In this document: one piece after another, positions 41,879-51,626 of the stretch
Layout of the letters: every line of letters begins with the position of its first letter
How positions within the stretch are numbered: the stretch's first letter is position 1
Assembly (NCBI GenBank): GCA_039091335.1
Contig: JAWCME010000002.1
Coordinates: forward strand, 13,263 to 77,262
Source: Candidatus Aenigmatarchaeota archaeon
GTDB lineage: Archaea; Aenigmatarchaeota; Aenigmatarchaeia; CG10238-14; SCSR01
Length of the DNA stretch: 64,000 nt
Direction of reading: 5' to 3'
Position numbers and translations under genes: made by a program
Notes under the pieces: generated by a model
Database searches by the model: none
Told to the model about the DNA's origin: nothing
The model's input: only the letters and a program-made list of their open reading frames with translations

Positions 41879-42798
41879 TTGTTTTTTAAAAAATTTATTA
41901 TTTCTTTTTCTTCTGGAAACCTTTTTTTACCAAATTTTGTTGTTGATAAGGCGCCAGCAGCATTTGCAAATTTTCCACAATCTTTCAAGCTTAAACCAGA
42001 TAAAAATGCCTTTATGAAGCCCGCATCAAAAATGTCACCTGCACCAGTGGTTTGTATAGCTTTAACTTTAAATCCCTTAACAAAAAATATTTCAGAGTCC
42101 CTACCAATCATACACCCCATTCTACCAAGTTTTAAAGCAACTATCCCCTTACAATAGTCCAATAGTCTTGAAATTATCTCCTTTGGTTCAGAAAGTTTTG
42201 TTATTGCTTTTCCCTCTTCATAATCAGGAAAGAAAAAATCTGTTATTCCCAATATTTTTATAACATCTTTTACTCTTCCACTTGGCCAGTTCCTTGGATC
42301 CCAATTCGGATCTAAGCTAGTTTTCATGTTCTTTTTTCTCGCCTGTTTGAAAATTTCATAAACATCCTTTCTCAGGCTCTCAAGTAAATTAAACCCACCC
42401 ATGTGTAAAATTTTTCCTTCTATTTCTTTAAGAGAAAAATCCTTTCTTGATAAATTTGAGTTGCTCCCCCCGAAAGTTATCATTGCCCTTTTCATATCTT
42501 CAAAAGTTAAAGAAATTGTTATTCCCGCTTCTTCACATTCAACCCTCTTTATTTTTGTTTCCACACAAGCTTTCTTAATTTCTTTGATTAAAAACTCAGA
42601 GACGAAATCATATCCCAGGCGTCCTATGAAACGTGTTTTGAGTCCAAGCTTGGAGCAAGCCGAAGCAAAAATAGCAGAAGAGCCCCCAAGTTGAACTATC
42701 AATTTAGGTATTGTTGTCTGTTTGTCTTTTTCAGGATAATTTTTCAAGGGAAGAGAAATAATATCGAGGTTTATATCACCAATCACACTCAAATCCAT
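41872..42798 (-). CDS. PfkB family carbohydrate kinase
   Basis: GGSS, DPN, TTGAGDIF, ANAAGA. Confidence 0.9.
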   Translation of the reverse strand: MDLSVIGDINLDIISLPLKNYPEKDKQTTIPKLIVQLGGSSAIFASACSKLGLKTRFIGRLGYDFVSEFLIKEIKKACVETKIKRVECEEAGITISLTFEDMKRAMITFGGSNSNLSRKDFSLKEIEGKILHMGGFNLLESLRKDVYEIFKQARKKNMKTSLDPNWDPRNWPSGRVKDVIKILGITDFFFPDYEEGKAITKLSEPKEIISRLLDYCKGIVALKLGRMGCMIGRDSEIFFVKGFKVKAIQTTGAGDIFDAGFIKAFLSGLSLKDCGKFANAAGALSTTKFGKKRFPEEKEIINFLKNKW

Positions 42799-42835
42799 AT
42801 AATTTATTTAGGATATTGAAACTAAATTTAGTTTT

Positions 42836-44338
42836 ATGAATGAAAATTTAAAACCAACTGTCTTGCTTGTTTCTGCTGAGCTTAAGAGTTTCAAGTCAAG
42901 GGCAGGGGGGCTGGGTCCTGCTGTTGAAGAACTTGCTTATGCTTTGAGTAAATTTGGATGTAAAGTAAGTGTAGTGAGCTTGCTCTACAAGTACAAAAGG
43001 AATGAAAGGGATGAAATTGAAGAAATAGATTACACTGACATTCCTTTAGAAGATTTAGCAACTATAAGTTTTTGGGTAAGTAATGAAAAAGTGAGCGCTA
43101 ATATCAAGAGAGTTGAAAAAAATGGAGTTACATTCTACTTTTTAGAGAATGAAAGATTTGCAAATCTTTTGTACGAAGGAGACGGACTTAAGAGAGCAAT
43201 TTTCCTGGGAAGAGGGACTTTAGATTTAGTAAAACTTTTGGACGGTATTGAGGTGGTTCACCTAAACGATGCCCATACAGGCTTAATTCCAGTTTTCTTT
43301 AAGGCTGAATATAGATATCATGGTGACCCCAAGCTTAAAAATTTGAAATTTGTCTATACAATCCATAATGCTGGGAAAGCATACCAACAAATCTTTGATG
43401 GTGAAAGATTTTGGGAGTTGGGAATAGGAGAAGAATGGAGGGAAAAAGTAACATGGGAAGGGAAAATCAACTTAACTTATGCTGCTGTAGTCCTTTCAGA
43501 TATCTGTAATACAGTTAGTCCAGACTATGCTAACACTTTGCTGAAAAATGGCGAAGGCCTGGCTGAAATTTTCAGGTCTAAGAAGGTTTTTGGAATTACC
43601 AATGGTATAGATGTAGATTACTGGATGATGCCTGAATTCAAAGATGTGAAATCGATAAAGGCCCTGAAAGAAAAGAAGAAGAAAGCTAAGATTGAATTGC
43701 TAAAAGAAGTAGAGAAGATAAAAGGTGATAGGCTTTCTGAAGAAAAACTCACAATAGTAATACCAAGGAGGTTTGCTGACCAAAAAGGTTTTGAAATTTT
43801 CTTAAATCATGTTGATGAAATAGTGAAAGATAGGGAAGAGGGTGGTATAGGAGCCCAAATCATAATTCTTGGTAGGGCTGCTCTAGGAGACCCAATAGGA
43901 AGAAGATGGGTAGAGGTGTGTAAAAAACTTGATGAAGAGTTAGATAATAAATTTGTTTTCATATATGGTTTCAATGAAGAGCTTGCTAAGAAGATGTACT
44001 GGGGAGGGGATTTGATTATTTATCCGTCTCTACCAGAAAAAGAGCCTTGTGGCACAGGATATATGATGGCCAGTATCAATGGTACATTAACTCTTGGAAC
44101 TGATACAGGTGGTATGGTTGATAAAATTATAGATTTTAAGAACGGGTTTAAAATTGGGAAGGAAAATTATTCTTGGGAAGCATTTTTTGAAAAACTGAAA
44201 AAAATCTCAGAGTTATTTTATGAAAAAAAAGGAGACTGGAATAAAATTGTCTGGGCCGCTTTCAACACAGATGTTGACATAAATAAGGTTGCTAAAGAAT
44301 ACTTAACAAAATTATATTTTCCAGCGCTAAAAAAATAA
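42836..44338 (+). CDS. glgA: Glycogen/starch synthase (GT5)
   Basis: AGGLG, HLND, TIHN, TVSPDYA, RFADQKG, EPCG. Confidence 0.85.
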   Translation: MNENLKPTVLLVSAELKSFKSRAGGLGPAVEELAYALSKFGCKVSVVSLLYKYKRNERDEIEEIDYTDIPLEDLATISFWVSNEKVSANIKRVEKNGVTFYFLENERFANLLYEGDGLKRAIFLGRGTLDLVKLLDGIEVVHLNDAHTGLIPVFFKAEYRYHGDPKLKNLKFVYTIHNAGKAYQQIFDGERFWELGIGEEWREKVTWEGKINLTYAAVVLSDICNTVSPDYANTLLKNGEGLAEIFRSKKVFGITNGIDVDYWMMPEFKDVKSIKALKEKKKKAKIELLKEVEKIKGDRLSEEKLTIVIPRRFADQKGFEIFLNHVDEIVKDREEGGIGAQIIILGRAALGDPIGRRWVEVCKKLDEELDNKFVFIYGFNEELAKKMYWGGDLIIYPSLPEKEPCGTGYMMASINGTLTLGTDTGGMVDKIIDFKNGFKIGKENYSWEAFFEKLKKISELFYEKKGDWNKIVWAAFNTDVDINKVAKEYLTKLYFPALKK

Positions 44339-44339
44339 T

Positions 44340-45515
44340 ATGAGAATCGCTTTCTTTTCTTGGGAGTATCCACCCTTCTTGGTGGGTGGTCTTGGAACTT
44401 ACTCTTTTAACATGGTTAAAAAATATGTTGAAAGGGGAAATGAAGTTTCAGTTTTTACAATGAATTTTAATTCAAAAGAATTTGAAGAAAAAAATGGGAT
44501 AAAAATCTATAGGCCTTTTTATCCGGATAGTTCAAAGGCAATTTCAATTTTTGCTAATTTTGACATACTAAGCTGGGGTGAAAACATCAAACTCTTTTCA
44601 GACATTTTCAACTACAACCTTCTCTCAGCCAAGAAGTTCATCGAAGTTTCAAAAAAAGAAAAGTTCGATGTAATAGCGATACACGACTGGATTTCAGCCT
44701 TTTCTGGGCTCATGCTTAAACAAACCAAAATTCCAACAGTTTTTCACTTACATTCTGTGGAAGAAGTGAGAAACTACTTTGGTTCAGAAACTTTGAAAAG
44801 GTTGGAAAGGGAGATGGCAAAAGAAGCGGAGAAGATAATTACCGTTTCTGAATCCATGAAAAATTTTTTGAGTTCAATAGGGTATGAAAGAGAAAAAATT
44901 TCAGTTTGTTGGAATGGAGCCGACCCTGAAGTTTTAGACCCTAAAAAAGTTGATTTTGATTTGGTAGAAAAATTGAGGGAAAAGTACAACCTTCGAGAAG
45001 AGAGAGTTATTTTCTTTATCGGTAGACTTACATGGTTCAAGGGAATTTTTAATCTAGTCAAAGCAATGCCCATTGTATTGAAAGAATTTCCAGAAACAAA
45101 ATTGATAATGGTAGGAATCGGTGAAGTGAAATTTCTAATGGATTTGGTAAAAAATCTATGTTTGGAAAAAAAAGTAGTTCTAGTTAACAAGTGGTTGAAA
45201 GACGAAGAAAAACTTGCTCATTTTGCTTTAGCCGATGTTTGCGTTTTTCCAAGCATAAACGAGCCTTTTGGTATAGTTGCTTCTGAGGCCATGGCAATGG
45301 AAAAACCAGTTGTGGTGGGAGCTTCGGGAGTTTCTGGTTTCAAAGAACAAGTTGTTCCGGCTGGAGAAAAAAGAACGGGCGTGCATGTTGATGGTAATAG
45401 TCCAGAAGAAACAAAAAAATGGGGAAAGAATGGAAGAAAGCTAGTTTTGGAAAAATTCAATTTTGATGTAGCTTCAGATAGAACATTATCAATTTATGAA
45501 GATTTAATCAAATAA
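44340..45515 (+). CDS. GT4 glycosyltransferase (glycogen-related)
   Basis: WEYPPFLVGGLG, HDW, EPFGIVASEAM. Confidence 0.85.
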   Translation: MRIAFFSWEYPPFLVGGLGTYSFNMVKKYVERGNEVSVFTMNFNSKEFEEKNGIKIYRPFYPDSSKAISIFANFDILSWGENIKLFSDIFNYNLLSAKKFIEVSKKEKFDVIAIHDWISAFSGLMLKQTKIPTVFHLHSVEEVRNYFGSETLKRLEREMAKEAEKIITVSESMKNFLSSIGYEREKISVCWNGADPEVLDPKKVDFDLVEKLREKYNLREERVIFFIGRLTWFKGIFNLVKAMPIVLKEFPETKLIMVGIGEVKFLMDLVKNLCLEKKVVLVNKWLKDEEKLAHFALADVCVFPSINEPFGIVASEAMAMEKPVVVGASGVSGFKEQVVPAGEKRTGVHVDGNSPEETKKWGKNGRKLVLEKFNFDVASDRTLSIYEDLIK

Positions 45516-45521
45516 TAATTG

Positions 45522-46292
45522 ATGTCAAGAATAATAAGCATAATTTCTGGAAAGGGCGGAGTTGGAAAAACAACCTTAACTGCAAATCTTGGGGTGGCGC
45601 TGGCAAAATTTGGAAAAAGAGTGGTAGCAGTAGATTGTAATCTAACCACATCTCATCTTGGTTTTTATTTTGGTTTGTATTATTATTCAAAAACATTGAA
45701 TCATGTTTTAAAAGGAGAGGCCGCTGTTTCTGACACAATCTACAATTTTTATCCAAATTTTTCGATTATTCCAGCTTCTCTCTCATTAGAAGATTTGGTT
45801 GGGGTTGAAATCTCTCAACTCAAGCCATCTTTGGATGAACTTTCCTCAAAGAACGATATAATTTTGCTAGATTCTGCTCCTGGAATTGGAAGGGAGGCTT
45901 TAAGTGTTTTAACAATAAGCAAAGAGGCAATTTTTGTTGCAACCCCAAACATACCATCTATTGCAGATGTTATGAAATGTAGTAAGTTAGTAAAAGAATT
46001 GGAAGTTGAGCCTATAGGAATTGTATTGAACATGGTAAAGAAAAATTCAACCGAACTAAGCGAAACGGAGGTTGAAGAATTAACAAACCTTCCGATACTT
46101 GCAAAAATACCATACGATAAGAATGTGGAAAAGAGCTTAAAATTAGGTTTACCTTTGATTTATGTTAAGCCATATTCTCCTGCAAGTGTGGAAATAACAA
46201 ATTTGGCAGCGCTTCTATTAGGAGAAAAGCCTTTAAAAAAAGGATTTTTCCATAGGATAATATCAACATTTAGGTCAGCTATAAATTTTTAA
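45522..46292 (+). CDS. minD: MinD/ParA-family ATPase (second paralogue)
   Basis: SGKGGVGKTT, LDSAPG. Confidence 0.85.
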   Translation: MSRIISIISGKGGVGKTTLTANLGVALAKFGKRVVAVDCNLTTSHLGFYFGLYYYSKTLNHVLKGEAAVSDTIYNFYPNFSIIPASLSLEDLVGVEISQLKPSLDELSSKNDIILLDSAPGIGREALSVLTISKEAIFVATPNIPSIADVMKCSKLVKELEVEPIGIVLNMVKKNSTELSETEVEELTNLPILAKIPYDKNVEKSLKLGLPLIYVKPYSPASVEITNLAALLLGEKPLKKGFFHRIISTFRSAINF

Positions 46293-46309
46293 AAGCAATA
46301 ATTTAAAAA

Positions 46310-46555
46310 ATGGAAATTACTGTTTTGAAAGAAAAAGATAATCAATTATTGAAAAGAAAGGAAATTTTACTAGAGTTAAGTCATTTATCACAACCAACCC
46401 CAAAAAAAGAAGAAGTAAAAGAAAAAGTAGCTTCTTTGTATAACGTAGAAAAGGATAGGGTATTTGTCCAATACATATTTACAAAAAAAGGGATACCTAA
46501 ATCAATAGCTAAGGTTAAAATAGAGGAGGGGAAGGTTGAAACACAAACAAGTTAG
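46310..46555 (+). CDS. rps24e: 30S ribosomal protein S24e
   Basis: [15 protein letters not shown]; next to S27ae. Confidence 0.85.
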   Translation: MEITVLKEKDNQLLKRKEILLELSHLSQPTPKKEEVKEKVASLYNVEKDRVFVQYIFTKKGIPKSIAKVKIEEGKVETQTS

Positions 46556-46709
46556 ACAAGCAGATTTTTTTGCAGTAGAAGAAGGAAAAATAAATAGAAA
46601 ATTGAGAAGTTGCCCTAGGTGCGGAAGCGGTGTTTTTATGGCCGAGCATGAACAGGAAGGAAAGAAAAGATACTATTGTGGAAAGTGCCGTATGACCATT
46701 TGGGAATAA
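46536..46709 (+). CDS. rps27ae: 30S ribosomal protein S27ae
   Basis: Read manually: ..[13 protein letters not shown]...YCGKC; TTG start after GGAGG. Confidence 0.9.
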   Translation: MKHKQVRQADFFAVEEGKINRKLRSCPRCGSGVFMAEHEQEGKKRYYCGKCRMTIWE

Positions 46710-46711
46710 AA

Positions 46712-46957
46712 TTAAATTGGTTCTGCTAAAAACCCCTTTTCAACTTTTGTTATTTTTACTCTAACTTTTGTCCTTGGTTTTTTGATTCCGGAAGACCAGA
46801 TGAGTTCACTCAATCTCTTGTCAATCTTAACTTCTCCTTTGACCTTTTCTTCTAACTCCTTTTTAATAATTTTCATCGCTTCCTTAGCTCTTTTCCAGTT
46901 CGGTGTTTTAACCAAACCTTTTCTTATGTTTATGGTTAGTATTTTTTCCTCAACCAT
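46712..46957 (-). CDS. rpl31e: 50S ribosomal protein L31e
   Basis: TINIR..KRAKEA..LSELIWSSGIKKP. Confidence 0.85.
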   Translation of the reverse strand: MVEEKILTINIRKGLVKTPNWKRAKEAMKIIKKELEEKVKGEVKIDKRLSELIWSSGIKKPRTKVRVKITKVEKGFLAEPI

Positions 46958-47041
46958 ATTCTTTTATTTTATGAATTAGCTTAAAAAGGTATTGAAACTT
47001 CTTCAAAAACTTTATCTATTAAAAAAAACAAAAGAAAAAAT

Positions 47042-47488
47042 ATGAAAGGAATAAGCGCAATGATTGCTGTAGTTCTTCTAATAGCATTCACAGTAGCAGT
47101 AGGGGGACTAATAAGCGTTTGGTTCACAACATTCACAAGAACAACAACAAGTGGTGTAGAAGCAGCAACAACAAACCAAACAAGATGTGCAGGTGCATAT
47201 ATAAAAGTAGACAGTGTCAAATCTCTTGGCGATTATGTTGGTATCGATAATACTAATACTACGGTAATATATTCAAATCCCTCCCCACATACAATATCCT
47301 CCATTTCAATAATCTCAAATGGTGGAGAAAGTTTTGTTGGAACAACAACTTCGCTAGAACCTTCTGGAATAGGAAAATCCTATCTTAACCTTTCCTCTGG
47401 AACATCAGTAATTTTAAAAGGACTATGCCTAGCTTCAGTTCCAGTAGAAGGAAGCTGCAAAGTTGGAGAAGTTTGTTGGCAAATTTGA
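47042..47488 (+). CDS. Archaeal type IV pilin
   Basis: KG|ISAMIAVVLLIAFTVAVGG class III signal. Confidence 0.85.
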   Translation: MKGISAMIAVVLLIAFTVAVGGLISVWFTTFTRTTTSGVEAATTNQTRCAGAYIKVDSVKSLGDYVGIDNTNTTVIYSNPSPHTISSISIISNGGESFVGTTTSLEPSGIGKSYLNLSSGTSVILKGLCLASVPVEGSCKVGEVCWQI

Positions 47489-47490
47489 TT

Positions 47491-47640
47491 TTATATTTTA
47501 ATCCTTTTCCTGTTTACTCTAATTCTTCTTGTTCTGGCTCTCTTTAACCCAAATTTTTTTATATCGGCCCATCTTGGAGCTTGCTTTACTTTCATTATTG
47601 CTCCAAGTTTAATCTTCTTAGCAATATTTTTTTTACTCAT
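47491..47640 (-). CDS. rpl39e: 50S ribosomal protein L39e
   Basis: Read manually: MSKKNIAKKIKLGAIMKVKQAPRWADIKKFG..; close to L31e. Confidence 0.75.
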   Translation of the reverse strand: MSKKNIAKKIKLGAIMKVKQAPRWADIKKFGLKRARTRRIRVNRKRIKI

Positions 47641-48398
47641 AAAATCACTAACTCCCTTATTTCCTTGCTTTTTTCTATTGCCATCTCAATCATCTTTTCT
47701 ATGTCTTCTGGGGACAATTCCTCATTTCCTTGTTTTTGAATAGAGCAGATCTTATCATCGTCCCTTACACATACCGCCAGCTTCGCATTGATAACATTTT
47801 CTTCTTCAAAATTTGGATCAACTAAAAATCTTTCTTTGATTTTTGCCACACTGATATTTATTGGTTTAAAAACAACAGGCAAACTTTTTTCAAACTCTCC
47901 CCTAACTATTTTATCTCCCTCAAGTCTTGGTATTTTTGTGTTTAAAAGGGCAGCAACACTTGCCAAGGCCGAGGCATCAAGCAAATTTCCATGATGATTG
48001 AGGATATGGATGTCTATAAATACACCCCAAACCATTTTCCCTGGCTCTAAACAAATCTTTTCAAGTTCTATTGCCTTTGATTCCCTTATTCCCCTATCAA
48101 CAATTCTCGCAAGCTCTATTGCGTCTTCTCCTGGTGGGCCTAACTCAAAATCAGGAGAAGCGAGTGGTGTGAATTCTGCACTGACGGATAAAACCCCATG
48201 CTCAGGAGAATCAGGAAAGGGCTGTGTTATATCAAGCTTAACTCCTGCCATAACCTCTGTTTCACCCATTTTAACAAGTGCAGAGCCTTCAGCTTTTTTA
48301 ATTATCCCTGTTTTTATTTCTATTTTTCTAAATTGGTCAAAAGACCTACCATCCACTCTTTTACCTTTTTCTAATAATTCTATTGTATAATTTTCCAT
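47637..48398 (-). CDS. rrp42: Exosome subunit Rrp42
   Basis: GKRVDGR, KAEGSA, IELARIVDRGIRES. Confidence 0.93.
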   Translation of the reverse strand: MENYTIELLEKGKRVDGRSFDQFRKIEIKTGIIKKAEGSALVKMGETEVMAGVKLDITQPFPDSPEHGVLSVSAEFTPLASPDFELGPPGEDAIELARIVDRGIRESKAIELEKICLEPGKMVWGVFIDIHILNHHGNLLDASALASVAALLNTKIPRLEGDKIVRGEFEKSLPVVFKPINISVAKIKERFLVDPNFEEENVINAKLAVCVRDDDKICSIQKQGNEELSPEDIEKMIEMAIEKSKEIRELVIL

Positions 48399-49105
48399 TA
48401 CAATCTACCATACTTTTCTTTCAAAACCTTTTTTTGTATTTCATATATTTTTTTGCAAGACTCTGTCCCCATTTCTATAAGTTTCTTAATCTCTTCTCTT
48501 GTTAGAATTCCGTCCATCTGTAATAGTGTTATTTTATTTTTTGTTGGTAATATCGCAAACGCAACATCTGCCTCAGAGTGTTGGTCTTCTATGCCAGAGA
48601 GGTCAACTATGAGCTTATCGTCTATCTTTCCGATAGAGCATGCTGCCACCAAATCTTTCATAGGAATTCCTGCATCAGCAAGTGCTAGGCTAGCAGCATT
48701 TAATCCAGTAACACGAGTTGAGCCGTCTGCCTGTAAAACTTCTATAAAAACATCTATAACCGCCCTTGGAAATTCTTCAAGAAATATTACCGGTTCAAGT
48801 GCAAGCCTCACAACTTTTGAGATTTCTGTGCTTCTTCTATCTGGTCCAGGGCTTTTCCTTTCATCTACACTAAATGGTGCCATGTTATATCTACACCTCA
48901 AAATACATTTCTCCGGCTCCCTAAGATGCTCCGGAAAAAGTGCTTTTGGTCCGTACACAGAAGCAATAACTATGGTATTACCAAACCTTACCATGGCAGA
49001 ACCATCTGCCCTAGAAACAGCATCTAGTTTTATCTCTATCTCTCTCATCTCTTCCGGTAATCTTCCATCAAGTCTTTTCCCCTCTTTTATCAACTCTACT
49101 TTCAT
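48398..49105 (-). CDS. rrp41: Exosome subunit Rrp41
   Basis: RYNMAPFS, PDRRSTEIS, QADGSTR. Confidence 0.95.
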   Translation of the reverse strand: MKVELIKEGKRLDGRLPEEMREIEIKLDAVSRADGSAMVRFGNTIVIASVYGPKALFPEHLREPEKCILRCRYNMAPFSVDERKSPGPDRRSTEISKVVRLALEPVIFLEEFPRAVIDVFIEVLQADGSTRVTGLNAASLALADAGIPMKDLVAACSIGKIDDKLIVDLSGIEDQHSEADVAFAILPTKNKITLLQMDGILTREEIKKLIEMGTESCKKIYEIQKKVLKEKYGRL

Positions 49106-49761
49106 TCGCTCAACATCCTCTCTATTTTTTCGGTCAACCCAATTAAATGAGACTCCTTCTCTATCGTTAAAATTGCCTCTATAACTTTCGCTTTATTCAC
49201 CCCATTTATCCAAACTATTCCATTTTGACCAGCTATAATCTCACATCCACTCTTAGATTTAAGTATTGTTATCATACTTCCTCCCCTTCCTATTACTCTT
49301 GGTATTTTTGTTGGGGTGATTTTTATAGTAGTTCCTCCATATAACTTTCTTGCGCCTATAGTTTTCATACTTATTGTAACGGTTTTGTTTTTTGCTACTT
49401 TTGATATCTTGCAATATATAAGCTCTCCCAAGTCATAATATCTACTAATATCTGTTTTGAGGATGTCAACATATTCTCCCACAGCTTCGCTGATAGGAAG
49501 GAATGCAGTATAAGGCGAATTTATGTCAACGACCCAGCCAGAAGTTTGTATGTCGCTTATTGTTCCAATAACCATATCTCCAACAGATGGAATATAAACT
49601 CCAGAAAGTGCCACTACTGTTATTTCGTTTTCAGTTATCTTTGGTATTCCAAGAACCTTTGCAAAAACCTCTTCTCCTTCAGCATAAGCACCTCTTCCAA
49701 TTCTCCTTCCTTTCCTTTCTCCTATTTTTTCTCCGGGCAATACTATCTCTCTAACTTCCAT
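49102..49761 (-). CDS. rrp4: Exosome RNA-binding subunit Rrp4
   Basis: VLPGE, YIP.VGD, PRVIGRGGSM, GQNG. Confidence 0.92.
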   Translation of the reverse strand: MEVREIVLPGEKIGERKGRRIGRGAYAEGEEVFAKVLGIPKITENEITVVALSGVYIPSVGDMVIGTISDIQTSGWVVDINSPYTAFLPISEAVGEYVDILKTDISRYYDLGELIYCKISKVAKNKTVTISMKTIGARKLYGGTTIKITPTKIPRVIGRGGSMITILKSKSGCEIIAGQNGIVWINGVNKAKVIEAILTIEKESHLIGLTEKIERMLSE

Positions 49762-50467
49762 ATTCTTCCCTCTTTACTATTTTTAGTTCAAAGTCACCAT
49801 GAGTAATTGAAGAAATTTTTTGAAAAAGTTCGTCTTTAATACCAGCCAAAACTTGTAGGCTAACTTTTAAACTTCCGTCATTCAACCAAGTCTCTGATAA
49901 TAAATTACCATAATTCCTTAGAAAAGAATAACCTTTTCCAGCATATTGAGCAGGAATTTTTATCTCCAGAGTTAGTTTTTGAAAGCTTATTGGTATGACT
50001 GTTTTTATTGCTTTCACCACATTATCAACCTGTTGCTCTGCATCAAGAAAAGGGTCTATGTTTATTCCAACCTTTTCTATTGCGCTTAATATTCTCTGAG
50101 GAGGATGTGGGGAGTTTGTTTGTGGGTTTATCCCTCTTCTTGAAATTATGTCTGCTATTTGGTTTTTTTTAGTTTTAATCATTTCCCTTCTTTGTTCTGT
50201 TGTAAGTTGTATCTCTCCTTCCTTTATTATTTTTTCTGCAACTTTAAGCACATCGGTTGTGCCAAAAACATTTTGCAATTCTGATTCCGGAATAGTTTCA
50301 GTGCTTCTAACATCACGATATATTGCCGGATATGCAAGTACATCTTCTATCAAAACCTTCTCCCCCTTCTTTAGTCCTAAGGCTTTGTAAGGATCTACCA
50401 ACACCTCAAATTTTTTTCCAGAGCGATGTAGTCTAGCAATAACCGCCTTCTCTATGCTTACAGTCAA
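49751..50467 (-). CDS. Ribosome maturation factor SBDS/Sdo1
   Basis: FEVLVDP, GEIQLTTEQRR, PHPPQRI. Confidence 0.93.
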   Translation of the reverse strand: MTVSIEKAVIARLHRSGKKFEVLVDPYKALGLKKGEKVLIEDVLAYPAIYRDVRSTETIPESELQNVFGTTDVLKVAEKIIKEGEIQLTTEQRREMIKTKKNQIADIISRRGINPQTNSPHPPQRILSAIEKVGINIDPFLDAEQQVDNVVKAIKTVIPISFQKLTLEIKIPAQYAGKGYSFLRNYGNLLSETWLNDGSLKVSLQVLAGIKDELFQKISSITHGDFELKIVKREEYGS

Positions 50468-50471
50468 ACCA

Positions 50472-51211
50472 TCACTTAATTTTTTCCGTCTCTTCTCTAC
50501 TTAACTTTCTAAATTTTCCATCCTTTTCTATTATTGCAATATCTATACTCTCTTCTTTTCCAATTTTTTCTGATTTTGATAGAATATCAATTGCAAGTCT
50601 TATTGCTTCCTTTCTGTCCATTCCCTCCCTCCATTTCTGTCTCAATGTTTTGTTTGCTAGCGTCCCACCCCTTCCTATGCCGTATGCCTTCCACTCATAA
50701 AGCATACCAGAAGGATCTGATTCTATTAGATGCGCTCCAGTTTTGTCAACACCTCCAATAAGAATGGTTGTTCCAAAGGGTCTTAGTCCTGCATATAATG
50801 TGGAGAGTTGCATTCTATCACCTATTGCCCTTGCAATACCCCAAACATCTATAGGTTCTTCATAGGTTATTTTATGTACTTGTGCCTTTATTCTTGCTTG
50901 GTTTATCAAAACCCTAGCATCAGCTAACAACCCAGCTGAGACAGAACCTATGTGTTCATCTATCTGGAATATCTTCTCCACGGATTCTGAAACGATTAAT
51001 GTGCCTGTTGGCTTTATTGTTGCAAGTAGCACACCGTCCTTAAAGATAATTCCAAGGCAAGTTGTTCCTCTTTTGACAGCTTCTTTTGCATATTCTACTT
51101 GAAATAGTCTTCCGTCTGGGGAGAAGACAGCAATTGTTCTATCATAACCCATATGAGCAACCTTCAGCTATTAGCTGAAGGTTAATACTCTGGAAGTATT
51201 TGTGGTGGCAT
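50472..51211 (-). CDS. psmA: Proteasome alpha subunit; exons 51211-51185 and 51152-50472
   Basis: Spliced product [31 protein letters not shown] (235 aa); GAGGTGA Shine-Dalgarno 6 nt upstream of ATG 51211. Confidence 0.92.
51153..51184 (-). other. Putative BHB mRNA intron (32 nt) in psmA
   Basis: Outer stem CCA/TGG, helix GAGT/GCTC, bulges AT^T and AT^A, perfect 11-bp inner stem; starts with an in-frame TAA. Confidence 0.85.
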
Positions 51212-51287
51212 TATTCATCACCTCATTTTTCTCCTAATCATAATAATCAATTTATTTTTATTAGTTTTTCATGTTTTAAAATGTATG

Positions 51288-51626
51288 CTATAAACCCAAG
51301 GATTTTATTGTTCCAGATACTTTTAATATTTTAAAAATTACCCTTGAGTCTCCTAGTCTTGAGATAAGACCTAAACAAGAAATAACTTTTTGCACAGATT
51401 TGTTATTGCACTTTATTACTCCAACTTGTTCTTTTTCCTTATACAAATTCTTTATTATCCACAAAGAAGTTTGAGAAAAGCCATGCTCTCCAAAAAACTC
51501 TAAGCAGGAATTAATTATTGCGTGTTCTAAATCAGAATAGACTATTGGTTCTTCGGAAATAACCTTAAATTTTATGTATCTTTCTTTTTCCCTTAGCGTG
51601 GGCAACAAATTCTTTAGTTTTTTCAT
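51288..51626 (-). CDS. rnp2: RNase P protein Pop5/Rpp14
   Basis: PTLREKERYI, VSGTIK. Confidence 0.88.
   Translation of the reverse strand: MKKLKNLLPTLREKERYIKFKVISEEPIVYSDLEHAIINSCLEFFGEHGFSQTSLWIIKNLYKEKEQVGVIKCNNKSVQKVISCLGLISRLGDSRVIFKILKVSGTIKSLGL

Noticed and set aside
47120..47200. ACA/AAC-rich tract as a DGR template or tandem repeat
   Set aside because: It encodes the Thr-rich pilin stalk; no reverse transcriptase or matching repeat was seen in the window.
48453..49184. 243-aa ORF on the plus strand and the many other short antisense ORFs
   Set aside because: They lie opposite well-supported genes and have Ser/Ile/Phe-rich shadow composition.
51153..51184. Hairpin as a transcription terminator
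   Set aside because: No U-tract; it lies downstream of an SD and start codon and has exact BHB geometry.
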